In this document: in pieces, positions 26,321-39,580 of the stretch
Layout of the letters: each line of letters starts with the position of its first letter
Numbering within the stretch: position 1 is the first letter of the stretch
Source: Malacoraja senta
Lineage: Eukaryota
DNA: 64,000 nt
Assembly (NCBI GenBank): GCA_038087875.1
Contig: CM075989.1
Location: forward strand, 16,494,001-16,558,000
Direction of reading: 5' to 3'
Notes under the pieces: generated by a model
Told to the model about the DNA's origin: nothing
Database searches by the model: none
What the model saw: only the letters and a program-made list of their open reading frames with translations
Position numbers and translations under genes: made by a program

Positions 26321-26436
26321 ACTGATAGGGGGTGGGGAGAAGAAAGGAAAAAAGGAAAAGGAGGAGGAGGAGCCCGAGGGCTGGGGGAGGGGAGGAGACA
26401 ACCAGATGGCTGATGAAGGGGAGGGGACAGCCAGGG

Positions 26437-27148
26437 CTAGCAGAATTGGGAGAATTCAACGTTCAGGCCACCAGGATGTAGACTGCCCAAGCGGAATATG
26501 AGGTGCATTTCCTCCAATTTACGGTGTTGCTCGCTGTGGCCATGGAGGAGACCCAGGACAGAGAGGTCAGATACGGAATGGGAGGGGGAGTTGAAGTGCT
26601 GAGCCACCGGGAGTTCAGGTTGGTTATTGCGGACCGACCGGAGGTGTTCGGCGAAACGATCGCCAAGCCTCCGCTTGGTCTCACCGATGTAGATCAGCTG
26701 GCATCTAGAGCAGCGAATGCAATAGATGAGGTTGGAGGAGATGCAGGTGAACCTCTGTCGCACCTGGAACGACTGCTTGGGTCCTGGAATGGAGTGGAGG
26801 GGGGAAGTGAAGGGACAAGTGTTGCATCTCTTGCGGTTGCAAGGGAAAGTACCAGGGGAGGGGGTGGTATGGGAGGGAAGGGAAGAATTGACAAGGGAGT
26901 TACGGAGGGAGCGGTCTTTGCAGAAGGCAGAAATGGGGGGAGATGGGAAGATGTGGCGAGTGGTGGGGTCACGTTGGAGGTGGCGAAACTGATGGAGGAT
27001 CACTTGTTGTAGGTGACGGCTGGTGGGGTGAAAGGTGAGGACTAGGGGGACTCTGCCTTTGTTGTGAGTGGGGGGATGGGGAGAGAGAGCAGTGTTGCGG
27101 GGTATGGCAGAGACCCTGGTGCGAGCCTCATCTATGGTGGAGGAGGGG
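26437..27148 (-). pseudogene. Penelope ORF C-terminus: linker plus GIY-YIG endonuclease (open frame, 5'-truncated)
   Basis: PLVLTFHP...CNRKRCNTCP...FTCISSNLIYCIRCSRCQLIYIGETKRRLGDRFAEH...VAQHF...RKLEEMHLIFRLGSLHPGGLN. Confidence 0.9.
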
Positions 27149-27329
27149 ATATGATCATGGCTGATCATCTAAAATCAGTACCACATTCTGGCTTTTTCCC
27201 CCATATCCCTTGATCCCCTTTGCCCTAAGAGCTAAATCTAACTATTTAAAATTTTCTGTCACGTGTTCTGTCAACATTGGTAGGAAGGAACTCACGGCTC
27301 AGGAAGAATGAAGCCTCAAAGCCACAATC

Positions 27330-27690
27330 TAATGTACTACAGCGGTTCTTAGCATTCCAGTTCTCCTTGAAATGCAGTCACTTTGCAGTCGAGAAAATCA
27401 GCAAACAATATATGTAGAGCAAAATCTCACTTACAGCAGCATGATAATTATCAGACATTAGTGATATTTAATGACAAATAAATAAATAAACATTCCCCAC
27501 AACACAAGGGATAAATCCCTTACTCTTCTTCATAATAGTGCCTTCTGATCTTTTACATTTGCAGGCCAGTTATATATCTAATCAGAGAACTAGCACTTTT
27601 GAACAGCTGAACATACACCTACTGCAAAGATTTTGTAGATTTTTATACTCAGCATTCTGGAAAGGGAACTGAACATGCTCCCTTAAAGAT
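27330..27690 (-). mobile_element. Old DeuSINE/SacSINE1-like element
   Basis: Diverged match to the reverse complement of the Deu-domain SINE body (ctcttcttcataatagtgcc...gatcttttacat...agcacttttgaacag). Confidence 0.45.
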
Positions 27691-30600
27691 GGACTAGCAC
27701 CAAATGAACCAATGTGGATTCTGATGATAACCTGGTGTGTTTCTACTTGGTGGGATTAAAACAAATACAAGGAAAAAAACACTTATTCAGTGTCAGTAAA
27801 GCCAAAGTCCGTGGAGAAAAGCTGTTGGGAATTAAAATCTATCAGTTACATTTTTCCGACCAGGATGTGATCCATAAGGAAATAAACTGGGATGTGAACT
27901 TTCCTTCTGCTGTTTTTTTGTTTATCCAGGAACCTCCATAACAAAAGTTTGAAAAAACTCCAGAATGACCACCTTATTCAGTCTTGTACATTCTGTACTT
28001 CACACTGGCGTCCTCATTTGTCATTGGCCTCATTTATGCTGAAGAGCTGAGTATCAACCTTGGGATATTGATGGGACAGGGGCACGAGCAGGGCGTCACC
28101 GAGAATGTCACTGACTGTCAGAATCCACCCATGATATATGCTTGGATTTTTCAAAACTGTATTATCTTGCTTGGTCTCATCTCTAATCTCTTCTGGACCT
28201 TGCCAACTGCTTTCACATAGTGCGATGACCAGAACTGCACTCTTTAGAACTGTGGCACAATTGGAATGTTGTACAGTTCCAGCATGACTGTTCTCCCTTG
28301 TACTCCACTTGTACACTTTTGAATCTAGGGTAAATCCCTGAACTTCCTGCCAATAGCACTAATAGGTCTGCAGCCATTCAAGAACAAAGCTCATCCTCAC
28401 TGATCTATTTGTATGGATATCCTGTAGAAAAGAATAGGATGCCTAAAATCTTGGTTGTGGAGTACTGCCAATGTCGCGAGAATATCTTTTCCACCAGTGC
28501 TTCAATCTTAGAAAGCATAAAAAATAAAGCATAAAAGTTGGAGAAGGCAGCTCACCCTCATGTTCTCCGATGCAACAAACAGTGGTCTTGCCCATACATT
28601 GAAATATGAACAAATGATAAAAAATACAAAACCCAAACAACTGAGTTATTGCCACTACGACAAGTGCCGAATAATCTATTCAAACCTCAGATCTTCATAT
28701 TCAAAATTAATTGAAACCTTCTCAAGTCTGCAAATGATCAATCTATGGAACCAGTTATTTTGGGAAACAATACAACCTGTTAGTATTGATTCAAGCAAAT
28801 GCCAATTAGATAGACTTTTTTCAGAAATTAACATTTTGAGGTTTCGTACATGAATAATCTAGTTAGCGTGGATTCTAGTTTGGCAAGCTTTGGGTCACGA
28901 TTCTCAAAGCCTTCTGGCTATTTTCCTTGCCTCATGGCTGGGTCTATTGTAGCATTGAAAATCAATCAAATTCACACAGAATCAACAGAAGGCCTTTCAG
29001 GCCACTGTGCCCACATCAACAGGAAAAAAACATTTATTCAGGTTATTCCCTTGTACATTATTGTTCCTCAATTATTCAAAAGGTCATTTAAAAATGGAAA
29101 GAGGATCTCTTCCTCTACCACTATATTCAAGCAGTTCCAGAGCATCAGTTTATCTAGTTCCCCGCTAATCCTTCCACCAATTCACATACATCTATGTTTC
29201 TGGTTATTGACCTCTCTGCTGCAGGAAGTTGTACATACTTTTAGACACTTCAATTAAATCTCCTCAGTTTTTGTTCAAGAGAAAACAAGAACACTCAGCA
29301 TATCTCACCTTGTAACTAAAAGTTTCCAGCCCTGCAGTAACACCTCGTGCATCTTCTTCTCTTCTATCACATTCTTGATTGTCATAATTAACCGATAACA
29401 TTATTTTATTACACAATGAACAGTGAAAGCAAAGAAGATGAACATTTGTTTCAATGCTTTGCAAGGAGAAAAGATCAGCTATCTCTGGGTGTTGAGTAGA
29501 AATATTCACCAATCTCTTCTATAGAGGAGATGAATAATTTTGTCTCTGACCATAAGGCAATAATCTCCACAGATAAATCCCTTCCAAGAATCTCAGAAAG
29601 AGCTATCGGAGAGCAATGCCTGATGAGTGGATTTTATAGGTGACATACTAACCAACTGTTATCATCACAGCTGCTCCATCTTACCCAGGTTTCAGTAAAA
29701 CCACATTTACATTTTGTCTCTGAATGTTAGAAAATGAATCCTATCATTGATGCACTTACACATTAGATGTCACATTTATTTCTTAACCTCTAGTTCTCTT
29801 TCCTTCTTTGAAGACTTTAAGCCCACGTGAATTGGATGAAACCCTAGACATTAGCCAGCCTCCACTAGCTCACAACAATACCACTCTTTACACATGAACT
29901 CCGGTGGTGCATCCACTGTGAAGCTTTTGCAGTCAACTTTATGTAATGCAACCTTGGATGATTCTTTTCCAACATCAGCCCCCTAGCTAATGCAAATGAC
30001 AGCACCTAAACAATTTAGCAGAGATTAGTGAGCCTACTTCAAATTTAGTATTTTCCTGGCCTCAACACAGGTCATGCCTACCAATTGGGATACAGAGTAA
30101 GCAAGAATGCTTTAATTTGCAACATACCTTGGCTTATTCTCATTTTGACATTACATTAATTCAAAAGGCTGATGAAAGGGTTGCTTTCCAAGGGTAGAGA
30201 GAATTCAATGTATGCTCCCTCAGCCATGTCTTTATGACACCTGAAATAATACTCCATGTGTTTCTAAAATGAGAGACTGCAGTGGTTTGAAGTCAATAAA
30301 GCCTTGTGTTTAAGTTAAGAAAAGTGTAGTGCAACAATGCAAATGGCAGTATCAATATACTGATCACTAATAAATACATAGGTAACTCAACAGTATAGAG
30401 CTTATGGCAGTATTGTTTGCATTTCAGCAAATCTCATTTTGAAGTGCAATGGTAAAGATTTGTTGCAAGGCCACTGCAAGTCTCGGCTCACGATCTAAAC
30501 AGTTATTAATACAACAATTCTAACATCAGTTTTTATGGACAATCTCTTCACGAAATGAGGCTCTGTTGGAAAACCTTGCTTTGTATTAAAGTGAAGGGAA

Positions 30601-31219
30601 AATAATGTCGATGCCATCGTAATTTTACACCCCAAAACTTACTCAATCCATGTTTTTCATCAAAAGAATTAGCAAGTATTTGTCCTACAGCCTTGGATAA
30701 TGCAAAACATCTGAACCCAAAGCATTCTTTTTACATTACTTAGAAACATTAGCTGCACTAACTTTAAAAAAATTTCAGCTGAAGAAATAAGTCATTTTAA
30801 ACAACACTACTTAAAAAGAGCAAGTATGCTGCTCCCCTTGGCCCAGCTGCAAAAGTCAATATCAGGAAATGGAAATATCTTTTCTATGTTATCTGGAGGC
30901 AGTTTCCATGTATTTTGTGCTTTGAAGTGGCAAAAGGGAACCCGGTTCAAACTCCTGCTGAAACCTGCAGCCTACAAGCCCAAGTTCAACTCAGAAAATC
31001 CAAGCTTTGTCAGAACCAAGGCAGTTCTTTACTAGAGTATACTGTGTGCTGCATAATAAGGAGGCAGCTATCGAAATTTAACTGAGCCATGAGCTGCATT
31101 CATAAAACAAACATCTTAAGTAGGAAGAAATATGCCATGGGGCGACTGCACGACAGAGGAAAAACTAGTGAAGAGTGAAGGAAATTAATCTGAAGAGAAA
31201 CATGAAATTGGGGAGCAAA

Positions 31220-31600
31220 TGATGCAGAAGATTTATGAGGAGGTTGCCAGGACTCGAAGGACAAAGTTATATGGAGAGGTTAGGCAGACTGGGATGTTAT
31301 TCCTTAGAGCATAGGAGACCGAGGGTGATCTTGTTGAGGTGTATAAGATCATTAGGAGCATAGTTAGGGTGAATGCACATACTCTTTCCCATGATTGGGT
31401 AATCAAGAACCAGAGTGCATAGGTTTAAAGTGAGAGGGGAAAGATTTAATAGGAACCTGAGGGGCAACTTCTTCACACAGAGCGTGGTGGGTGTATGAAG
31501 CAAGCTGCCAGTGGAAATGGTTGAGGCAGATGCAATAACAAAATTTAAAGACCAGTTGGACATGTTCATAGACAGGAAATATTTAGAGGGATGTGGAACA
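31220..31600 (+). mobile_element. CR1 LINE 3' fragment
   Basis: Degenerate RGDLVEVYKII...FFTQSVVG coding end. Confidence 0.8.
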
Positions 31601-31869
31601 AATCAAATTATTAAATCTATTATTAGTTAGGGTGGATATATTATTAAAATATCAATATATGTTATTTTGTTGGAAGAGTGTGAGTGTCTTTGGCAATAAC
31701 TAGCATTTATTACCGATCCTTAATTGAAAAGGTTGTGGTGAGCCACCTTCTTGGACTGCTATAGTCCTTCTGGTGAGGTTAATCCTTAATAGTTTTGCTT
31801 TGGAATTCCAGGATTTAGACACGGTGATGATGAAGAGCAATATTCCTAATAAACCATGGTAGTATATGC

Positions 31870-32545
31870 AGCTCAGTTCAGTTTACTTTATTGTCACGTG
31901 TACCGAGGTACAGTGAAAAGCTTTTGTTGCGTGCTATGCAGTCAGCAGAAAGACAATACATGAATACAATCGAGCCATTTACAGTGTATAGATACATGAT
32001 AAGAGAATAACGTTTAGTGCAAGGTAAAGCCAGCAAAGTCCGATCAAGGATAGTCCGAGGGTCACCAGAGGTAGATAGTAGTTCAGCTCTGCTTACTGGT
32101 TGTGGTAGGATGATTCAGTTGCCAGATAACAGCTGGGAAGAAACTGTCCCTGAATCTGGAGGTGTGCGTTTTCACACTTCTATACCCTTTGCCTGATGGA
32201 AGAGGGGAGAAGAGGGAGTGGCCAGGGTGCGACTTGTCCTTGATTATGCTGCGGGCCTTGCCAAGGCAGCGCGAGGTATAAATGGAGTCAATAGATGGGA
32301 GGTTGGTTTATGTGATGATCTGGGCTGCGTGATAAAATGCTTTTAATGGCGCATCTGTAGAAGTTGGTGAGAGTTGTAGGATTTTCCTAAGTTGTAGGAA
32401 CAGTACCAGAGTTGTAGGAACATGCCGAACTTCCTAAGACCTCTAATGGGCCTGTCGACAGGCGACATCCCGGCGACAGCCTAGTCGCCTAAAAAATTGC
32501 CTAAGTGGGACAGGGGCATAAGGAAGTGGAGGCGTTAGTGTGCTA
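31870..32545 (-). mobile_element. Rex1/Babar-like LINE 3' portion
   Basis: Minus translation RLHFLRGLRKFGM...SIDSIYTSRCLGKARSIIKDKSHPGHSLFSPLPSG, followed by a 3' UTR. Confidence 0.75.
32447..32518. mobile_element. 72-bp Harbinger-type MITE remnant with TAA TSD
   Basis: TAA|tgggcctgtc...aagtgggacaggggca|TAA; same termini as 40448-41182. Confidence 0.75.
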
Positions 32546-33759
32546 ATTAGAGGTGATGGTGTGCGTTGGTGTGGTGAAAGTGCCGTTCCTCTGTGCTTGC
32601 TGCCCTTGTTCTTCCTGTGGTCGAGATCATAGCTTTGGGAGGTGCTGTCAAGTAGCCAGGGTGAGGAACTCTAGCATGTTTGCAGATGAAGCACACTCCA
32701 GTCATTGTGTGCCAGTGGTTGAGGCAATGAATATATAGGATGGCACAGCTGGTGTCAAATAGGCTGCTTAGTCCAGAATTATATCGTATTTTGTTTGTTT
32801 CGGGAATTGAGCTAATTCCCACAATTCTCCTCCCACTACTGGAAATTTACCATAGCCTGTTAACCTACCAGTGGCCCGTGACATATGAGGGAACCAGAGC
32901 ATTGAGATTGCAGGGAGTACATGCCTCCGTACTGATAGCACCCAAGGTCTGAATCAAAGCCATCGAGCTATGCAGCACAACTGTGCTGACTATTAAGTTA
33001 TTCTCACCGCATAACTGAATTCAGTCTCTGGTCCATGTTTGGAGTCGTTGTGTTGTTTAACTTCATTGCTGATGACACACTCCATCATTCTCTAATGATT
33101 GAGAATAGGCTGCTGTATCTTGCTTTTTGTGTAAAAGAAATAACTGGGTGTGAAGTTGGAACTTCAAATATATTATATTGTTCATAGTTATGAAAGGAGC
33201 ACCTACAACATGTATTTAGTGATGACGAGGTCAAGTTGGTTACCTAGAAAGTTTGCTCATTCACCACCTCCCACAGATAGTCAGGAATCATGCAATTTAA
33301 ACCGTGATGAAGGTATTCGGTGATCAACACCGACGTATATTTTGTTCTCTTACTTCTCTCAATTCTTCCAACCATTGCTCAATGAGATAATTAACATAGG
33401 GAGGACACTAGGTGGTAATGAGGATACTTTTTTGTCCATATTTGACCTGACAGTATAAGTCTAATGGGCAGCTGAGTCAACGTCAAAGACTCAGAGGGTT
33501 ACCCTCTCGTGAGTCAATCGTACTGTGAGTTCAGGATATATCCACGGACTATGATGGAAAGATAAGGCATGTTATCTGCAAGGTGAGACTGTTGTTTGCC
33601 ATTTTTTGGGAAAGTTTCTCCTACTTAGCTAGTAGTCACCAGCTGTTCCTGAAATCTTTGCAAATATCAACTGGGATGGGATTTAGCATGTCTGATGGCT
33701 GTATCTGGGACTATAGCTAACCTGTGGTGAAGCTCCTTGGGATAATTAATCTACCAGAG

Positions 33760-33925
33760 TAATTTTGGGTGTGGGAGAAAACCAGAACACCTAGGGTAAA
33801 CAAGTAGGTCTCAGGGAGAATGTGCAAACTCCACACAGACAGCACTGGAGGTTAGGATTGAAGCCAGATCAATCTGTATAGCAATAGCACCCACTGACAT
33901 GGTAACTGCTGCATCACTGCACCGC
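33760..33925 (-). mobile_element. SINE fragment (V-SINE-like), old
   Basis: gtgggagaaaaccagaacacc...gggagaatgtgcaaactccacacagacagcac. Confidence 0.65.
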
Positions 33926-35653
33926 TCTGAAGGTCATGAATTTTTGAACTTATTTCCTCAAAAGTGCAGTGCCAGCTGAGTATGTGAACATTTTCAAGGC
34001 AGTGCTAAATGGACATTTTATAAGCAGGATGGTGAAAAGCTATAGGGAATAATATCGAGATGACAGTCAGACGCCCATGATCTTACTGAATGGCACAGCA
34101 CCCTTGAGAAGTGATTATCCTTCTCCTGCTCTGACTTTGTATGTAAAACTGTGCCCATTTCTGGGCTGTCCAGCAAAAGATTTGACATGCAACTCTGATG
34201 TTCCATTTACTTTCTTAATTGCTTGCTGCACCTGAATGGTTGCTTTCAGTGATTAGTGCACAAAGCACTCATTCTCATAGTTACCCCCTCCATTATTATA
34301 AGATTAAGTTTAATTAGGTTCATTTCTGGTATAAATGTGGCCTTAGAACAACAAGATGCAGCTTTCAGTCACTGCAATAGTATTGGAAGCAATATTTACA
34401 GGTCTGAAACCTAGTTTCCATCTAACCGGTAAACTATACAGCACCCCAGGATTTGGGACTTGGTCACCAGTACATTAAAGCAATGGGTGATATCCATGGT
34501 CTTTCTTACAAGGGTCTTTGAAGGAGAGTAAACATAGAAACCAGAACCAAGCTTCTCTCTTTCGGCACCTGGGTACAGATTGGGGAACTAATGATGAATT
34601 TTCTTGTAATAATGCTGGAAATACAAGAAAATTCTAATTGTGGCATGCAGGTTTCATATTTATTTTCCCAGTAATTCCATACAATGACAAAATGATGTGC
34701 AAACACAACTGATTCATTAATATTCTTCAGGGAAGGTAACCCAGCAGTGCTAGTCAATTCATCCAGCATGTGATTAATCAACACCATGGGGGTGATTCTG
34801 AGAGATTCTGAGTAAAATGAAACCCAGCCAGCTATGTCCACATCCTGAGAATCACATTTAGAGACAACCACAGTAATATCAGCATTCACTACCAGCATGT
34901 GGATCACATTAGAAAAACAGTTCAAGGAATGACAACTTGAAAACACTTGAAAACTCAGCCAGGCAGTGCTTTTGTTTTGGTTTCCATGGCTTAATTGCTA
35001 TAATAATTACACACTTGTTATCTGTGAAATTCTGGCACAGAACCAGGTCAACTTCAGACTTGGTTGGTGATTGGAGATGATTAGAAAATTAGTGGTGTTG
35101 TTGACAGTGAGGAGGATAGTCTTTGATAATGAACGCTAATGATCAGCCAGTAATTTGGGCAGAGCAATGGCAGATTAAATTAATCCTAACTATTGTTTGA
35201 TGATGTAATTGGAAGGCCTAACAAGGATAGGACATACAACATTTGGAGAGGGCCGGAGGGACTAACAATTAACATTGGTGTACTAATCCATAGATCCTTA
35301 AAGCAATACAAGTAGAATAAGGTGTTTTAAAACCATTGATAAAGAAAATGGTGGCCTTCATGAGTCACGGAATACAATACACCAGTCATATTGTAAGTTT
35401 ATATGTAATGGTAAGCAGGCTCAACCAAATACTTTAAATGAGAGTATCCAATCCACCATCTTTGAAGGAAGTGTAATCCAAATCTATAAATTCTGTGACC
35501 CGTAAGTACTTCAAATAACAATTAATATTAAAATTTACTGCACAAGCTCTTATTTCAAATTAGCAATTGCAGGTAAAATGATATTTCACCCTGTTGGTCA
35601 GAAAAAAGATAGTACAGGATAATAATAAATGCAACAGAAATGTGATACAGTAC

Positions 35654-35795
35654 CTGCCCTGAGAAAGGTGGTCGACTTCCAGTCCAGGATGTTGCAGGGA
35701 CCTGGTTAGCATTAGACTGCCGTGATATCTGAGCTAAAATTTGACCTGCTGAGGACGTTTGCTGAATGATGTTTCCACCAGGTACCATTGAAGTG
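35654..35795 (-). CDS. ARNT2: ARNT2 coding exon (142 nt)
   Basis: tttcttcag|C ACT TCA...GGG CAG|gtactg encodes (S)TSMVPGGNIIQQTSSAGQILAQISRQSNANQVPATSWTGSRPPFSGQ, containing the ARNT2 WTGSRPPF motif. Overlaps ORF 35555..35788. Confidence 0.95.
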
Positions 35796-35929
35796 CTGAA
35801 GAAATATTAAATTAAATTATCAAACAATGAAATACTACAATAATAGCTTTCAATATGCAGCACTTTTAATGTAGGAAAACATTCTACTGTGCTTCACAAG
35901 AACAATATCAACCAAAGTGTTGTTCTTAC

Positions 35930-36900
35930 AGGTATCATAGAGTCAGAGACATACAGAGTGGGAACTTCCCCATGCCAACCAAGATGCCCCATCCAAACTA
36001 GTCCCACCTGCCTACATTTGCCCCATATCCCTCTAAACCTATCCATGTATCTGTCCAAACGTCTGTTAAATGGTGTCATAGTACCTTCCTCAACTACCTC
36101 CTCTAGCAGCTCGTTCCATATACCCACCATCTTCTATGTGAAAAAGTTGCCCCTCAGGTTCCTATAAATCTTTTCCCTCTCACCGTAAACCTATGTCCTC
36201 TGGTTCTTGATTCCTCTACTCTGAGTAAAAGGTGCATCTACCCCATCTATTCCCCTCATGATCTTATATACCTCAATAAAATCACTCATCCTCCTGCACG
36301 CCAAAGAAAAAAGTCCTAGCCTGATCAACCTCAGGCCCTCAAGTCCTAGCAACATCCTCGTAAATCTTCTCTGCACTCTTTCTAGCTTAACAACACTTTT
36401 TCACTGTAGCAGGATGACCAAAACTGAACACAATTCTCCAAATGTGGCCTCACCAACATCTTGTACAACTGTAACATAACATCTAAACTTCTATACTACT
36501 CAATATCTTGACTGATGAATACAAATGTGTCAAAAGCCTCTTGAACCCCCTATCTGGGGTGGAAGATTGCAACCTGTTTCAACTAATGCAATCAACTCAA
36601 CGTGCACAAACGGAAGATCAAATAGAACAAGTTGTCCAACAACTTTAGGCTGTGCACGCCACACGAAAGAAGAAGAAGAACCCCCTATCTACCAGTAATG
36701 CCACTTTCAAGGAACTATGTACCTGTACTCCGAGATCCTTCTGTCTACAACCCTCGCCGAGCCTTGCCATTCACCATGAAGATCCTGCCCTATTTTGACT
36801 TCTAGCACCTTGCACGTATCTGTATTAAACTCCATTAACTTTCCCTCAGCACACTTTCCGAACTAATCAGGATTTTTTGATAAGCATCTTTGCTATCTAC
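35930..36900 (-). mobile_element. CR1 LINE 3' portion
   Basis: ORFs 35894..36130 and 36191..36376 (QRRFTRML...LGLFSL...FIEVYKIMRG; WNELLEEVVE). Confidence 0.85.
36556..36677 (+). mobile_element. Short retroposed insertion with (AAG)n tail and 13-bp TSD
   Basis: TSD gaaccccctatct at 36543-36555 and 36678-36690; ends cacacgaaagaagaagaa. Confidence 0.8.
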
Positions 36901-39184
36901 ATTTTGATATTGAGGGAGGGAAATTCACAGTTTATGATTCATGGACCTGAAGGCACAGCAGAAGAATGGCCATTATGAGTATTGAACAAGTTCAAGTTCA
37001 AGTTTCAAGTTTACATTTATTGTCCATTGCACCAATTGGTACAGTGAAATTTGGGTTGCCATACAGCCAAGAGACCAAAATAAGAGTATAGATGTTTCAC
37101 AGGATTATAGAGGTGGAAAGGGTCACATAAATGGGGAGGATTAAGGCCATAAAAGTGATTTGAGAACAAGAATAAGAATTTTGAAATACAGTAATTGACA
37201 AATCTGGATGCAAAATTAGATCAGTGCAGATCCAAATGGAGATGGAGATGAATAAATAAAAACCTTGGTGAGAATTGGATTTAAGAAGAATTCTTGATGA
37301 TTTCTAGTTCATGGAGGGTATTAGATGAGAAAATGAACTGTTACATTATGAAATCACAGGCTGAATCACCCTAGATCAGTCCTGCACCTGATGTCCCAGT
37401 GTGCCCTCATTTACCTTGGTCTGGGTGTGGAGAACTGAATTGAACTTATTATTATCTTAAATATTGAGATCAGTCGTTCAGGAGACATTTATTGTTGAAG
37501 TATTAAACTTTATCGCCAAAAGAATGTGGATGCTGGTTCAATTATAATTGCTAGTTTAAAAAAAAATCAGGGCAAGGGGTATAGATCAAGCGCAAATAAT
37601 TTGAGTTGAAGTATTGGTCAGGCACGGTCTAAGTTAACGATGGGATAGGTTCAATGGATTGAATGACCTACTCCTGCTCTTAAGTTCCAACTAATTATAA
37701 TTGGATCGTTCTAGCCTTTTGTTAAATGAATAGTTACATGAATTTCCATACAATTTCCAATTAAACTGCTTACATTTTCACCTGAAGATCTAAAATGCAG
37801 ACATGTTCAATGAAGGTTGCAGTACACTTTGTAATTGCAGTTGGGAATACTACTGTTCACATTCATCATAAGTGTTCAACTAACAATATATTAAGTGCTT
37901 GGTGACGTTAAACACATTGTTTTCAAGCCTCCCCTTACATGGAAATTTAAATGACATGTAAATAAGAATGAGCTTACTTAGTATATTAATGATTCAAATG
38001 GAATAAAACCCCTATAATTGACAATATCCATGAGAGCTGCCTCTTCTGTGCAATTATAAATGGAAAAAGCTATGCCAGAAGCTGGCCCTTCACAGTTCAA
38101 ATGCAACAGGTAAGTAAATCTATCATGAACTAATACCTAATACTCAATTTGTCATTATCATTGGTAATTAAATTATTGGTATGGTGTTTTTAAGACATGC
38201 AGATACTAAGACAGCATGTCTGGAAATAAAAATAATTGATGATTAGCCAACCATTATTGGCCATGAAGAATGGACCCATTGCTGGCAAGTCACTTTTCTT
38301 TCCCATGTCCAAGCTATCCTATAGAATACAATGGCCGCGAGGCAAGGTACACATAAGTAAACCACTAGTGGTAAAGCTTGTGAACTTCTTTATATTTGAG
38401 ATCCTAATTATATTGCATCAACATTCCCTGGACTCACCGACATGAGGTCGTTTTTCTCTGAAAAGAGATTGAGAAGGGTCTGGATCTGCACTGCTTAGAG
38501 CTGATCTAATTAAATTGTATAAAATTCATAAAGGCTTCCAGTATAGGGGGTAGGAGGTTGTCTTCTCTAGCCTGGGGAGTCTAGAGCTAGAGTCGATGAT
38601 CATTGACTATTTAAGTCTAAGTTTGAGATGCTCTACTTCAGAAGGCCATAGATGTTCAGCTGTTGAATCGATTCAAGACAAAAATGAATACGTTTTTGGA
38701 TCTAAGAGGATTAAAGGATATGGGGAAGTACAGAATGATGGCAACAGGGAAGAGGATCATATTGATTGATAGGATCAAAACTTATGTATTATTGTTTCTA
38801 TATGAATATTCCATAGTGAGCAAGTAAAAACAAAACTCCCGGTGGAGCGGTTTGAATTTGTTGGGTTTAATCTAAATGTGCTTTTGGGTATGAAAATAGT
38901 GGCCAAATCAATGGCTCAAGATCTAAACATTACACCTTCCTTGCTGAAGTTGCAGAAAGTTTCAAAAATTCCTTGCAGAATGTTTCAAATGAGTGTTGTT
39001 ATAGGAATAGGTACAACTGGGCAAAAGCTTGTGCAGTTTTACAGGCAATTTGTTTGTAATTGCTTTGGTTTCCAATAATAAAAATATGACAACATAGAAA
39101 GTGGCCAGTCAGCCTATAGTTGTCATGCCAGGTGACAAAGTGCTATTCAGACAATGCTGTCTTGAGCACCTGGTCAATATCTTT

Positions 39185-39393
39185 GTAAACAGGCACAAAA
39201 TGCTGGAATAACTCAGCTGGTCACAGCATCTCTGGAGAAAAGGAATAGGTGACATTTCGGGACAAAACCCTTCTTCAACCCCAAAACGTCACCTATTCCT
39301 TTTCTCCTGAGATGCTGCCTGACCCGCTGAGTTACTCCAGCATTTTGGGTCTATCTTCGATGTAAACCAGCATCTGCTGTTCCTTCCTACACA
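39185..39393. mobile_element. Foldback Penelope-like terminal-repeat element with 10-bp TSD
   Basis: TSD caatatcttt at 39175-39184 and 39394-39403; inverted arms around decayed hammerhead motifs. Confidence 0.8.
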
Positions 39394-39580
39394 CAATATC
39401 TTTAAGTCTTGCCTCTTCAAGTATAAATCTAGGCACCTTTTAAAGGGTTTCAGCATCTACCACCTTTCCAGGCAGTAGGTTCATACCCCTACTACTCTCC
39501 AGGTGAAATTACTTTTTCATCTTTTTCCTAATCCTTCTATCATTTTTTTCTTAAATAACAACACACAATATATAGTTTAC

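Larger units (their letters stand above)
26227..27148 (-). mobile_element. Young 5'-truncated Penelope-like retroelement with 10-bp TSD, inserted in a CR1 tail
   Basis: TSD atatgatcat at 26217-26226 and 27149-27158. The flanks rejoin into a continuous CR1 3' end. Confidence 0.92.

Noticed and set aside
26503..27012. 169-aa plus-strand ORF
   Set aside because: Antisense shadow of the GC-rich Penelope GIY-YIG ORF.
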